Sequence record: DRR723986_609
DNA length: 40,885 nt
Reading direction: 5' to 3' (one strand)
The notes beneath the pieces are model-generated. The model was not told the DNA's origin. It saw only the letters and a program-made list of their open reading frames with translations, and made no database searches. The position numbers and the translations under genes were made by a program. Positions 1 to 10,112 of the stretch are shown here, piece after piece. The stretch's first letter is position 1. Each line of letters starts with the position of its first letter.

Positions 1-1125
1 AACTTTTGGGCTATTGGTAATATGTCTCAAATTATTAACGAAGACAGTTCTGATTTAGGTCATCAAGTAATCACCGGTATTGAGAAATCAGGAGGTAATT
101 TAAAAGGAGGAATTACTTATACTGAAATCGGAAAGGGTTACAATCCGAATGATTTAGGGTTTAATACTGTAACAAACCTTAGGACGGTAAGAGCGTGGGG
201 AAGCTACAATATTTACAAACCATTTTGGCGATTTTATAGATTTTGGTCATCTGCATCAGTTCAGTATGCGAGCCTTGTTAAACCAAATGTGTTTTCATCT
301 GTAGCAATTGACGGAAATGTAGGAGGAAGTTTCCGAAACTTCTTAGCAGCCGGCTTAGATTTATACCTCCAACCATTTAGAAATCATGATTATTTTGAGC
401 CTAGAATTGATGGTCGATTTTATGAAGATGATGCCATGGTGTTTTTTGGAGGGTTCATTTCTAGTGATTATTCAAAACCGTTTGCACTTGATGTAAATGG
501 TGGTTGGTTTCAATATTTTGAGGATAATCGAGTTGGTTTTGATTTGAACATCAGCCCAAGAATTCGATTCAACGATAAGTGGTTTTTAGTATATCAATAC
601 AGCCAGAATAACGCTTATTTAGAGGAAGGTGTGGCCTTAACGAATGAATTCAACATACCCATAATTGGGGATGACCCTGTATTTGCGAAAAGAGATCGAA
701 CGACAATCACCAATACAATTGACCTGTCTTATATATTCAATAACAAAATGGGTATCACGTTTAGGCTACGCCATTATTGGTCAAAGTTAGATTATAATGA
801 GTTTTTTATTTTGAATCAAGATGGTAAAATGACTCCAACCAATTATACTGGACTTGACGCAAATGATGAATCTATCCACAACAATAGCTTTAACGCATTT
901 ACTATTGATATGGCATATCGCTGGGTTTTTGCTCCCGGAAGTGAGTTGAGCTTAGTTTGGAAAAATTCAATTTTCACCTTTAATGATGAGGTGCAGTTGA
1001 ACTATTTCGAAAATGTGGGGAATTTATTGAATGACCCTGCTACCAATAGTATCTCACTTAAGGTGCTTTACTACATTGATTATTGGCAGTTTCATCAAAG
1101 GGTATTCAATAAAAAGTTAGACTAG
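1..1125 (+). CDS. DUF5916-type outer-membrane beta-barrel protein, 5'-truncated by the window edge
   Basis: Frame is open from base 1 (NFWAIGN) into the 22..1125 ORF. Amphipathic beta-strands and a C-terminal 'YRWVFAPGSELSLVWKN...SLKVLYYID' typical of this Bacteroidota family. Confidence 0.7.
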   Translation, partial: NFWAIGNMSQIINEDSSDLGHQVITGIEKSGGNLKGGITYTEIGKGYNPNDLGFNTVTNLRTVRAWGSYNIYKPFWRFYRFWSSASVQYASLVKPNVFSSVAIDGNVGGSFRNFLAAGLDLYLQPFRNHDYFEPRIDGRFYEDDAMVFFGGFISSDYSKPFALDVNGGWFQYFEDNRVGFDLNISPRIRFNDKWFLVYQYSQNNAYLEEGVALTNEFNIPIIGDDPVFAKRDRTTITNTIDLSYIFNNKMGITFRLRHYWSKLDYNEFFILNQDGKMTPTNYTGLDANDESIHNNSFNAFTIDMAYRWVFAPGSELSLVWKNSIFTFNDEVQLNYFENVGNLLNDPATNSISLKVLYYIDYWQFHQRVFNKKLD

Positions 1126-2411
1126 TTCGCTGATAAAAAGAGCTTTTGAACGCTAACGCCCTGTTTTGATAATACGCTAACCAAATAAACTCCAGGTGCA
1201 TTGGTTTGAATAATGCCAGTTTGGGTATTTACTTTTTCAATCAGTTTACCATTCAAATCAATAATTTCAATTGACTCGAATAAAAAGTGATTGCTGATAT
1301 AATTTCCAGTTATTGCAGGTTTTATTGAGTTGTTGGTTAGTGAACCAACAACTGGGTCATACTCTAATAAATAAGTTTTATCTGAAACTTGTTGACCCGC
1401 TTCCATTCCCCCGCATATTACCCATGAAGTTGGGCTAATTTGACCCACGCCGCGTAAGTCCATCACTCCAAATGGGGCGCCTTGCCCTTCGTACCAGGTT
1501 TTAGATTGGGAGTCGTAGCGACTAATTGTCATAGCAGGCGGAACACCTCCCGATCCGTTATATGCAACACCATTATAATTGTAAGAGGTTTCAGAACCTC
1601 CTATCCAAAATACATTGTTCCCGTGGCTAACACATGCAGATCGATAGTTGGTGTTCGGCGCATTGTCTTCCAGAGTCCACGTAATTTGCGTAGGGTCAGA
1701 CGGATTAATAATACCTTTTCTTAATCGGTCTCTAGCAGGAAAACTACCCGATTGTGAAGCGCCTCCATAATAAAAAATGGTATCACCAACTATGTACCCT
1801 GAGCTACCAAAAGCTTTGAAGTTATTGTCGTTAGGAACAGGTGTGCCAACTGACCAGCTATTTAAAGCCGGATCATAAATTTGAACATTCGCAACATTAC
1901 CTGAATTGCTCCAACCGGTAATCACGTAAATCAATGAGTCGTGCCAAACAACTTGTGTTTGATCATCAATCGGAACAGGTACGGCTGCTCCGTTTGATTC
2001 ATACACATCAAGTTCAGGGTCGTAAATAATAACTTCGTCACTTGAGGTTTCAGAGCCATTCGCGTAGACATGATAACCTCCAATAATGTAAATTTTGTTT
2101 TTAACGGTGTTGGCTGATGAGGCTATTAAGGGAAGTACCACAGGTAGAGTATCAATCTCCGTCCATTGATCATTCGTAACATCATATCTGAAGGATCTTT
2201 TATTGATGCCGGTATATACCTTGCTTGTATCAATTCCTCCAAACGAAAAAACGTAAGGATTGCCAGCCATTTCACCATGACTAACTGCGTTGTTGGCGAT
2301 TTGAAAGGGCATATCGGCTTTCTGTGTCCAGGTCCAACCAGTTTGTGAAAAACCATTGAAAGCCAATAAAACGGCAGAAATCGATATTGTTTTAAGATTG
2401 AATATCCACAT
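1122..2411 (-). CDS. Kelch-repeat beta-propeller protein with signal peptide and probable T9SS C-terminal domain
   Basis: Repeated Kelch motifs (IYIIGG...IYDP, IYVITG...IYDPALNSW, VFWIGG). C-terminal 'IEIIDLNGKLI...GVYLVSV...QKLF' resembles a T9SS type A CTD. Confidence 0.75.
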   Translation of the reverse strand: MWIFNLKTISISAVLLAFNGFSQTGWTWTQKADMPFQIANNAVSHGEMAGNPYVFSFGGIDTSKVYTGINKRSFRYDVTNDQWTEIDTLPVVLPLIASSANTVKNKIYIIGGYHVYANGSETSSDEVIIYDPELDVYESNGAAVPVPIDDQTQVVWHDSLIYVITGWSNSGNVANVQIYDPALNSWSVGTPVPNDNNFKAFGSSGYIVGDTIFYYGGASQSGSFPARDRLRKGIINPSDPTQITWTLEDNAPNTNYRSACVSHGNNVFWIGGSETSYNYNGVAYNGSGGVPPAMTISRYDSQSKTWYEGQGAPFGVMDLRGVGQISPTSWVICGGMEAGQQVSDKTYLLEYDPVVGSLTNNSIKPAITGNYISNHFLFESIEIIDLNGKLIEKVNTQTGIIQTNAPGVYLVSVLSKQGVSVQKLFLSAN

Positions 2412-3180
2412 AGTATCCTGAGTGTTTTCTGATGTTTAAAACTCGATTATTGTCTAATAAAATGTATTGACCTTTTATTCCTAATAGCTTTCCTTCAATG
2501 ATTTCTTCTTTATCAAATCCTACGCTCTTTACCTTGTCAGGAAATTCTAGAACGGGGTAATTAATTTCAATGATTTCATCATCTTCTGACATATATTCGG
2601 CCAAATCTGCCGGTAATAATTCTTCACATTGCCATTTCTCTTCTTCTAAATCGAAATCTCCAATTTCGTTTTTAAGCATAGAACGCCAGTTAGTTTTATC
2701 AGTAAATGTGCCTTTTAATGCGACTTCTATTTCTCCAGCCAATTGTCTGTAAGGCACCTCGGCAAGTTTGATTGCAAAACTTGCTCCTTGGTCGATCCAA
2801 CGAGTGGGAACCTGTTGTTCGCGTGTCACACCCACCTTTAATGAAGACGCAACGGCTAGGTAAACGACATGGGGCTGCACATGGTGATCTTGTTCCCATT
2901 GAACATCTCTACCTTTTCCTAAATGGCCTTCACACAATTCAGGATTAATAATACATGGAGCGGCTTCGGGCGCATTCATGAAACAGTCATAACAAAAGCC
3001 CTGAGCAAACAACTTCTTTACGAATTTTTGACAGGACCCGCATTGCTGTTTTCCTAAATATTGCATATGAATGTGTTGACCCACAAGGCCATTCATATCA
3101 ATGATATCTTGATCAAATTTGAGTTGATATTTCACGACATCCTCTAAAGATGTCTTCATTTTGTTGAGTTTGATTTCCAT
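2392..3180 (-). CDS. DUF2797 domain protein
   Basis: CxxC...QGFCYDC...CII..ELC, HVVYLA, KVGVTR..QVPTRWIDQGA and GIKGQY motifs. Start moved to ATG 3180 because the longer ORF runs into REP-like repeats. Confidence 0.8.
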   Translation of the reverse strand: MEIKLNKMKTSLEDVVKYQLKFDQDIIDMNGLVGQHIHMQYLGKQQCGSCQKFVKKLFAQGFCYDCFMNAPEAAPCIINPELCEGHLGKGRDVQWEQDHHVQPHVVYLAVASSLKVGVTREQQVPTRWIDQGASFAIKLAEVPYRQLAGEIEVALKGTFTDKTNWRSMLKNEIGDFDLEEEKWQCEELLPADLAEYMSEDDEIIEINYPVLEFPDKVKSVGFDKEEIIEGKLLGIKGQYILLDNNRVLNIRKHSGYYVDIQS

Positions 3181-3254
3181 TCTGAATGTTAAGAGGATTA
3201 AAGGTACAAAATTTCTCGGCCAAGGATAGAGCGATCTGTCGAAGCTCTCTAGTT

Positions 3255-3308
3255 TGTTCGAGTTTTTCATGTCTTGGTTCATCCAAGATGTGAAAAGTAT
3301 CGAGAACA
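3255..3308. repeat. REP-like palindromic element (GTTCGAG...GTATCGAGAAC family)
   Basis: TGTTCGAGTTTTTCATGTCTTGG-TTCAT-CCAAGATGTGAAAAGTATCGAGAACA folds into a long imperfect hairpin. The same ends recur at 8905-8983. Confidence 0.7.
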
Positions 3309-3404
3309 CAGTAGAAGCGACTAGCGAAAGCCTGGTTCAGGCCGCCTAAAGAAAATAATAATCTTAATTTTTTTCAATTAACTCAAGGCTTGTTTAAGAT
3401 TTGG

Positions 3405-3426
3405 TAATCGAGCGAAGTCGAGATTA
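3405..3426. repeat. Short REP-like palindrome TAATCGAGCGAAGTCGAGATTA
   Basis: Inverted ends TAATC/GATTA around a CGAGCGAAGTCGAG core, related to the longer elements. Confidence 0.6.
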
Positions 3427-3485
3427 ACAAATAACAAGGCTTTCAAACTGAGCTAGACGAAAATATTAGTTATTTTAGCGGCAGA

Positions 3486-4232
3486 ATGAATTTGTTCGAA
3501 CATATCGGTCGCTATTTTATCATGCTCAAGTCTGTTTTTTCAAGACCTGAAAAGTTTAAGGTGTTCTGGAAAATGTTCTTTTCAGAGATCAATTCAATCG
3601 TAATTAGTTCAATTCCATTAGTAGCATTCTTGTCTATTTTTATGGGTGGAGTAATTTCACTTCAAACAGCAGCTAATATGGGCTCGCCGTTATTACCAGA
3701 GTATACAATTGGTTATATCACTCGATCTTCAACGATTCTTGAGTTTTCACCAACCATTATATCCTTAATTATTGCCGGTAAAGTGGGTTCAAATATTGCC
3801 TCCGAAATAGGTACCATGCGTGTTACTGAACAAATAGATGCGCTAGAAATAATGGGGGTAAATTCAATAGGTTATTTAATGTTGCCTAAAATATTAGCCA
3901 CCACTTTTTTCTTTCCGTTCGTAGTTATCATTTCAATGGTATTGTGTATTGTAGGTGGATGGATAGCCGGTGTTCAATCTGGCTTGTATTCAACACATAC
4001 TTACGTTTTAGGAATTCGTGCTTTTTGGTATACGGACGCATGGTATGTGTACTACGCCCTGATTAAAACGGTAGTGTTTGGATTCTTAATCACATCAATT
4101 GCATGTTATTTTGGATATTACACTAAGGGAGGTTCTTTAGAAGTAGGACGTTCAAGTACCAATGCGGTGGTTGCAGCCTCAGTGGCCATATTATTGGCTA
4201 ACTATATTTTAACCCAATTGATTTTGGTGTAA
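3486..4232 (+). CDS. mlaE: MlaE-family ABC transporter permease
   Basis: AGKVGSNIASEIGTMRVTEQIDALEIMG signature and multiple TM helices. Confidence 0.9.
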   Translation: MNLFEHIGRYFIMLKSVFSRPEKFKVFWKMFFSEINSIVISSIPLVAFLSIFMGGVISLQTAANMGSPLLPEYTIGYITRSSTILEFSPTIISLIIAGKVGSNIASEIGTMRVTEQIDALEIMGVNSIGYLMLPKILATTFFFPFVVIISMVLCIVGGWIAGVQSGLYSTHTYVLGIRAFWYTDAWYVYYALIKTVVFGFLITSIACYFGYYTKGGSLEVGRSSTNAVVAASVAILLANYILTQLILV

Positions 4233-4993
4233 TGATTATTGTAGATAACATATCAAAGTCATTTGGAGATACTCAAATTCTGTTTGATGTTTCTGCGACT
4301 TTCACCGAAGGTCAGGTGAATTTAATTATTGGAGCTTCTGGTCAAGGTAAATCTGTTTTAACCAAATGCATTGTTGGTTTGCACGAAGTTGATCAAGGAG
4401 CCGTGCTGTATGATGGGAGAGATTTTTCTGCCATGAACAGAAAAGAACGAATTGAGGTCAGAAAAGAGATAGGGATGCTGTTTCAAGGCTCAGCTCTTTT
4501 TGATTCATTGACAGTTGAAGAGAACGTGATTTTTCCGCTTAAAATGTTCACAGACATGTCTCACGAAGAGATGCGTGAAAGGGCTAATTTTTGCTTGAAC
4601 AGGGTGAATATTATCAATAAAAACGATTTGTACCCTGCCGAAACTTCAGGAGGAATGCAGAAACGTATTGCTATTGCCCGTGCAATTGCAATGAATCCGA
4701 AGTATTTGTTTTGTGATGAGCCCAACTCTGGATTGGACCCGAAAACCTCTATTGTAATTGATAACTTGATAAAAGAAATTACGTACGAGTATAATATTAC
4801 AACTGTAGTTATAACCCATGACATGAATTCCGTTATGGAGATAGGCGATCACATTATTTTTATCAATCAAGGTAAAAAATGGTGGCAGGGAGATAACAAA
4901 GAAATTATTAAAACAGATAACCAAGAAGTGGTAGACTTTGTATACGCTTCGGAGTTTATGAGAAATTTACGTGAAAAATTAATTAACAGTTAA
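4232..4993 (+). CDS. mlaF: MlaF-family ABC transporter ATP-binding protein
   Basis: Walker A GASGQGKS, SGGMQKR signature, Walker B FCDEP. TAATG overlap with mlaE. Confidence 0.9.
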   Translation: MIIVDNISKSFGDTQILFDVSATFTEGQVNLIIGASGQGKSVLTKCIVGLHEVDQGAVLYDGRDFSAMNRKERIEVRKEIGMLFQGSALFDSLTVEENVIFPLKMFTDMSHEEMRERANFCLNRVNIINKNDLYPAETSGGMQKRIAIARAIAMNPKYLFCDEPNSGLDPKTSIVIDNLIKEITYEYNITTVVITHDMNSVMEIGDHIIFINQGKKWWQGDNKEIIKTDNQEVVDFVYASEFMRNLREKLINS

Positions 4994-5003
4994 TACAACA
5001 AAT

Positions 5004-6041
5004 ATGAGTGAAGACGAAGAAGGAGGAGGAACATTTATAGATACGTCTGGAGCTGGTTCAAGACCAACACCAACGCCTGTTGCCCCAAAAAAAGAGAAAA
5101 AAAGAGATGGATTATATATCATCATCATTCTAATGATGTTGGTAGCTGGAGGATTTTTAGGTTGGAAGTTGTCTGAGAAAAATGAAGCCATTAATCAATG
5201 CAGTAATGAGAAAGAAGAGTTAGTACTTGAAATGGAAGCCTTGAACGAAATGATGTACGATCAAGGTTTAGAGATGGGAGAGGATGTCAAAGAAAATCTT
5301 CAAAACATGTTAGCCATGTATGACAAAATGGAGATTGATAACGGAGAGATGAACGATTCTATTCAGGCGCAGAAAAACAAAATTCAAGGCTTGATGGCAG
5401 AATTAGAGGATGCCAAAGGTGATAAGGCTTATTACGCTAGTAAAGTGCGTAAACTACAAGAAGAAACAGATGTGTTGAGATCAATCATGAAAGATTATAT
5501 CAGAACCATTGATTCATTGAATTATGCGAATGGTGTTTTGACTGAGAGTTTAGCCACTACATTGAATGATTTGGAAAATACACAATCTACCTTAACAAAT
5601 GTTACTGAAGAGCGTGATAACTTGAATGATAAAGTGAACAAGGGGTCTAAATTGGTAGCCTTTAGTTTTGTGACAACTGGTATTAAAGAAAAGAGTTCTG
5701 GATCTTATAAAGAAACAGATAAGGCCTCAAGAGCTACTCATGTTAGATCTTGTTTTACGGTTGGAGATAATGCGATAGCAACTCCTGGGAATAAAACCAT
5801 TTACATGAGAATTATTGCTCCTACTGGAACGGTTTTAAATTCGAGCCAAGGCAATACCTTTAAAAATGAAGGAGGACAGTCATTGATTTATTCAGATAAG
5901 AAATCAATCAATTACCAAAATCAGTCCACTGATGTTTGTATTTTCTATGAACTTGGTGAAGAAGCTCCAAAAGGGAATTACACAGCTCAATTGTACTGTG
6001 AAGGTGCGCTAATTGGTTCTGATAACTTCGTGTTAAAGTAA
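5004..6041 (+). CDS. Single-pass membrane protein with a long coiled coil and a C-terminal beta domain, function unknown
   Basis: One TM helix (LYIIIILMMLVAGGFLGW), a heptad-rich middle and a beta-rich C-terminus. Confidence 0.7.
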   Translation: MSEDEEGGGTFIDTSGAGSRPTPTPVAPKKEKKRDGLYIIIILMMLVAGGFLGWKLSEKNEAINQCSNEKEELVLEMEALNEMMYDQGLEMGEDVKENLQNMLAMYDKMEIDNGEMNDSIQAQKNKIQGLMAELEDAKGDKAYYASKVRKLQEETDVLRSIMKDYIRTIDSLNYANGVLTESLATTLNDLENTQSTLTNVTEERDNLNDKVNKGSKLVAFSFVTTGIKEKSSGSYKETDKASRATHVRSCFTVGDNAIATPGNKTIYMRIIAPTGTVLNSSQGNTFKNEGGQSLIYSDKKSINYQNQSTDVCIFYELGEEAPKGNYTAQLYCEGALIGSDNFVLK

Positions 6042-6042
6042 A

Positions 6043-6639
6043 ATGAGAGCTGTATTTTTTACACTCTTTCTTGCTTCGTTTTTTTCATTTGGTCAGGATA
6101 GCCTAACACAAAAAGTGTTGACATTTCAGGCTGAGCAAAACGAGCATTATTTTAATAAAGATACTTCGCCGCTTAAGAAGAAAGAACGGCGTAAATTCAA
6201 AGGGCATCATTTCTACCCCATTGATCACACCTATAGGGTTGAAGCCCATTACGAGATCATTGAAAATCCGGACACGATTGTGATGCCGACATCTGCTGGA
6301 ACAGAAAAGATGTTTGCCAAACATGCTAAACTTACTTTTGAGTTAAACGGTGCAACTTGTGTGTTGTTTGCTTATCAAAATCTTAAAGTCATTAAAATGG
6401 AGGGCTATGAAAATTCACTTTTTGTTCCCTTTAAGGATGAAACTTCAGGTACAGAGACCTATGGTGGAGGAAGGTATTTAGACCTTGAACAGCCTGAAGG
6501 TGAGAGTCTCATTGTTGATTTCAATTATGCATACAATCCTTATTGCGCATATACAACAGGTTGGTATTGTCCGATTCCACCAGAAGAGAATACATTAAAA
6601 GTTGCTGTGAAGGCAGGATTAAAAGCTCCAGAACACTAG
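6043..6639 (+). CDS. DUF1684 domain protein
   Basis: LFVPFKDETSGTETYGGGRYLD and DFNYAYNPYCAY...CPIPP.EN motifs; signal peptide. Confidence 0.9.
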   Translation: MRAVFFTLFLASFFSFGQDSLTQKVLTFQAEQNEHYFNKDTSPLKKKERRKFKGHHFYPIDHTYRVEAHYEIIENPDTIVMPTSAGTEKMFAKHAKLTFELNGATCVLFAYQNLKVIKMEGYENSLFVPFKDETSGTETYGGGRYLDLEQPEGESLIVDFNYAYNPYCAYTTGWYCPIPPEENTLKVAVKAGLKAPEH

Positions 6640-6720
6640 AAATGAGCCTTTAACAAAATCTTAACAGACTTTTTAATTATTCAAACGTCTAGAAGATGAG
6701 ATATTTGTAATTTAGCTACT

Positions 6721-7239
6721 ATGAAAAAGGCAGTATTTATACTTTGTGTTGCATTAATTGGCTTTGCCAGTTCATCTTTTATTAATGCAACGAATAGTTT
6801 ACAAGAGAACGAAGACGGATTAAAATGGTACACTGATTTAAATACAGTTCATGAATTATCCGTTGAGTCAGGTAAACCAGTTTTTGGTTTTTTTACCGGA
6901 AGCGATTGGTGTGGCTGGTGTCATAAATTACAAAGAGAGGTTTTTGCGAAAGAAGCGTTCATCAAATGGGCGAACGAAAACGTTATTTTATTGGAATTAG
7001 ATTTTCCGCGTAAAAAGCAATTGGCACCTGAACTTGCTCAGCAAAACAGAAATTTACAACAGGCCTTTAATGTTTCGGGATATCCGACTGTATGGATTTT
7101 TAATACAGAAAAGGATGATAAAGAGAATTTCAACCTGAAAGCATTAGGTAAACTTGGATATCCTTCTGGTGCCGTGAAAGGAAAGGAAGAAGATAAATTC
7201 ATTGCTACTGCAAACGGAATTTTAGCCAACAATAAATAG
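6721..7239 (+). CDS. Periplasmic thioredoxin-fold protein
   Basis: Signal peptide, FFTGSDWCGWC active site, LELDFP and GYPT cis-Pro motif. Confidence 0.85.
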   Translation: MKKAVFILCVALIGFASSSFINATNSLQENEDGLKWYTDLNTVHELSVESGKPVFGFFTGSDWCGWCHKLQREVFAKEAFIKWANENVILLELDFPRKKQLAPELAQQNRNLQQAFNVSGYPTVWIFNTEKDDKENFNLKALGKLGYPSGAVKGKEEDKFIATANGILANNK

Positions 7240-7295
7240 TCTCTACAAAAGACATCTTTTATCGTTACATTTGAAGGCTTTGCAGCCTTTCATTA

Positions 7296-8903
7296 ATGAG
7301 CGAAAAAAACTATCACAAATTTTCTAAAGAATCAGATTTATCTGATTTAGACCACATTGTTGTTGGTTCTGGAATCGGCGGATTAACTGCGGCTACCTGG
7401 TTGGCAAAAGCAGGGAAAAAAGTAGCTGTTTTTGAACGCCATTATGTTCCTGGAGGGCTCACTCATACGTTCAAAAGAAAGCAAGGATTTGAATGGGATG
7501 TTGGCGTGCATTATGTCGGTAACATGGAGGATGGAAACTACCTTCAAAACCTGTTCAACTTCATTTCTGATAATCAATTAGAATGGGAATCAATGGGTGA
7601 TGTGTATGATGTCATTCACATTGGTAATGATCGCTACGAATTTAAGGCTGGGAAAGAGCATTTCATCAAACAAATCACGGCCTATTTTCCAGAAGAGGAA
7701 AAGGCCATTCAAAGCTATATTGATTTAATTGAGAAGGTGGCGAAGAGGGGATCGGGTTTCTTTTTTGAGAAATCAATGAAGCCAATGATGCGTTACACAG
7801 CTGGAGCAATTCTGCGAAATCGCTTTAATAAATATGCGCAGAAGACAACCGCTGAGGTGTTGAATGGTTTAACTAATAATTCACGATTGAAGGCCGTTTT
7901 GGCAGGTCAGTGTGGCAATTATGGATTGACTCCCCGAGATAGTAGTTTTGGAGCGCATGCGATTGTTATCAATCATTTTTTAAACGGAGGATTTTATCCT
8001 AAAGGTGGTGCAGATCAAATTTGGAAGACCGTTGTAGACACCTTTGTAAAGCACGGCGGACAAGTTTTTGTAAGAGCAGATGTACAAGAAATAGTAGTCG
8101 AAAAAAATCGTGTAAAAGGCATTCGCATAGATGATCATTTTATTCCATGCAAAAGCGTTTTGAGCAATGTGGGGGCGAATAATACCTTTAAACATCTACT
8201 GTCTGAAAAGGATCGTATTAAAAATAAATTTTCACTCAAGAACATTGAGCCTTCAAGCGGTCACATGTGTTTGTATGTAGGATTAAACAAATCAGATGAA
8301 GAGCTGAATTTGCCAAAAAATAATATCTGGTATTTTGATAATGAGGATTTGGATGGCAATGTAGATGGCTTAAGTCTTTCAACAGCTGCCGAAAACTTTG
8401 CTTATATCTCTTTTCCCTCAGCTAAAGATCCCAATTGGCAACAAAAGAACCCTGGAACTGCAACCATTCAAGCACTTACTGTTGGTAGATACGACTGGTT
8501 CTCGAAATTTGAAGGAACTGATTGGATGAAAAGAGGTGAAGAGTACGAGCAAATAAAGGCAGACTTTCAGGCTGCTATGCTCAAACGAATTTATGCGCTT
8601 TGTCCACAAATAGAAGGCCATGTAGTTGAGGTTGAAGTTTCATCTCCCTTAAGTACGAAGCATTTTACGAATTATCAACAGGGTGAAATTTATGGTCTTG
8701 CGCACACACCGAGTCGTTTCAAACTTCCATTTTTGAGAACAGAGACCAAAATTAAAGGGCTACGACTTGTTGGTCAAGACATCACAATTGTTGGCTTGGC
8801 AAGCGGCATGGTTTCTGGTATGCTTGGGGCAATTACCATTCTAAAATGGCGGTGCTGGAAGCACTTTAAATCAGTAGCCAAAGATCATTCGAAGGGTAAT
8901 TAG
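7296..8903 (+). CDS. FAD-dependent oxidoreductase of the phytoene desaturase / retinol saturase-like family
   Basis: VVGSGIGG dinucleotide fold, ERHYVPGG..HTF, WDVGVHYVG, SFPSAKDP and GEIYGLAH motifs. Confidence 0.8.
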   Translation: MSEKNYHKFSKESDLSDLDHIVVGSGIGGLTAATWLAKAGKKVAVFERHYVPGGLTHTFKRKQGFEWDVGVHYVGNMEDGNYLQNLFNFISDNQLEWESMGDVYDVIHIGNDRYEFKAGKEHFIKQITAYFPEEEKAIQSYIDLIEKVAKRGSGFFFEKSMKPMMRYTAGAILRNRFNKYAQKTTAEVLNGLTNNSRLKAVLAGQCGNYGLTPRDSSFGAHAIVINHFLNGGFYPKGGADQIWKTVVDTFVKHGGQVFVRADVQEIVVEKNRVKGIRIDDHFIPCKSVLSNVGANNTFKHLLSEKDRIKNKFSLKNIEPSSGHMCLYVGLNKSDEELNLPKNNIWYFDNEDLDGNVDGLSLSTAAENFAYISFPSAKDPNWQQKNPGTATIQALTVGRYDWFSKFEGTDWMKRGEEYEQIKADFQAAMLKRIYALCPQIEGHVVEVEVSSPLSTKHFTNYQQGEIYGLAHTPSRFKLPFLRTETKIKGLRLVGQDITIVGLASGMVSGMLGAITILKWRCWKHFKSVAKDHSKGN

Positions 8904-8904
8904 G

Positions 8905-8983
8905 TTTGTTCGAGTGTGACTAGTTTTAAGTGATGAATTGACTGCAGTGCGAGTGTCACGCTTCAGCATGATGTATCGAGAAC
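8905..8983. repeat. REP-like element between convergent genes
   Basis: TTTGTTCGAGT (8905-8915) and GTATCGAGAAC (8973-8983) are identical to the ends of the element at 3253-3307, with a different interior (GTGAC...GTCAC). Confidence 0.65.
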
Positions 8984-9984
8984 TAGCTTAATTTTTCACT
9001 CAAAATTCTGATCTCAATAAAAGGTGAAATTTTTTCGTAAATGATATTATTTACAGCCTCTAAAATGGGCATTTCAACGCCGTATTCCTTGTTGATTTCA
9101 ACAATACATTTAGTGGCATAGTAGCCCTCGGCAATCATGTCCATTTCTAATTGGGCAATTTTCACCGAGTATCCTTTTCCAACCATGTAACCAAAGGTTC
9201 TGTTACGTGAAAATTTAGAGTAAGCAGTAACCAGTAAATCGCCTAAATAGGCAGATGATTTTACGTCACGGTGAATAGGGTTCACTTCATCTATAAAATT
9301 CTCTATTTCTTGTATAGCGTTTGATACCAATACCGATTGAAAATTATCACCATAGCCCAAGCCTGAACATATACCGCTGGCAATTGAATAAACATTCTTT
9401 AAAACAGCTGAATACTCTGTTCCAAAAATATCATCTGAAATGGTCGTTTTGATGTATCTATTATCCAAACGTGCTGCCATGTATTCAGCAACTTCCTCAT
9501 CTTGTGATGCAATCGTTAAATAAGATAATCGCTCCAAAGCCACCTCTTCAGCATGACATGGTCCACAAATAATCCCAATATTATCGTAAGGCACATCTAA
9601 GTACTTGTGATAATACTGTCCTGGTATTTCATTCACCTCTGGAATGATTCCTTTAACCGCAGAGAAAATAATCTTATCCTTAATTTTTTCTTTCGGAAAA
9701 TCGTGAAAAAGACTGTGTAGAAAAGCAGAAGGAGTAGCGATTATAACAATATCCGCGGGTCGCATAATCTCTTCTAAATCGGTCGAAACATTAATGCGTT
9801 CTAAATCAAATTCAACCGATTGTAAATACTTTGGATTATGTCTGTATTTAATGATATGAGCTGCAGACGCTTCATTGTGCATCCACCAATTAATAACATG
9901 GTTTTGAGCCGTAAGAATTTTCACTAGAGCCGTAGCCCAGCTTCCACCTCCAATAACTGCTATTTTTTTGACTTCTTCGCTCAT
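8983..9984 (-). CDS. gpsA: NAD(P)H-dependent glycerol-3-phosphate dehydrogenase
   Basis: VIGGGSWATA, GPCHAEEV, LKNVY and YLGDLLVTAYS.FSRNR motifs. Start placed at MSEEVKK (9984). Confidence 0.95.
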   Translation of the reverse strand: MSEEVKKIAVIGGGSWATALVKILTAQNHVINWWMHNEASAAHIIKYRHNPKYLQSVEFDLERINVSTDLEEIMRPADIVIIATPSAFLHSLFHDFPKEKIKDKIIFSAVKGIIPEVNEIPGQYYHKYLDVPYDNIGIICGPCHAEEVALERLSYLTIASQDEEVAEYMAARLDNRYIKTTISDDIFGTEYSAVLKNVYSIASGICSGLGYGDNFQSVLVSNAIQEIENFIDEVNPIHRDVKSSAYLGDLLVTAYSKFSRNRTFGYMVGKGYSVKIAQLEMDMIAEGYYATKCIVEINKEYGVEMPILEAVNNIIYEKISPFIEIRILSEKLS

Positions 9985-10112
9985 CTTCAAGGGTAACAAA
10001 AATATAAAAATCTCAGACATAGCCTAAGCCTTGCTCTAGCTTTAGAATGATTCAGAGATATTTTGTTGATATCTGGACTGTTAACGTGAACAAATGGTTA
10101 TTTTTAGAAGCA

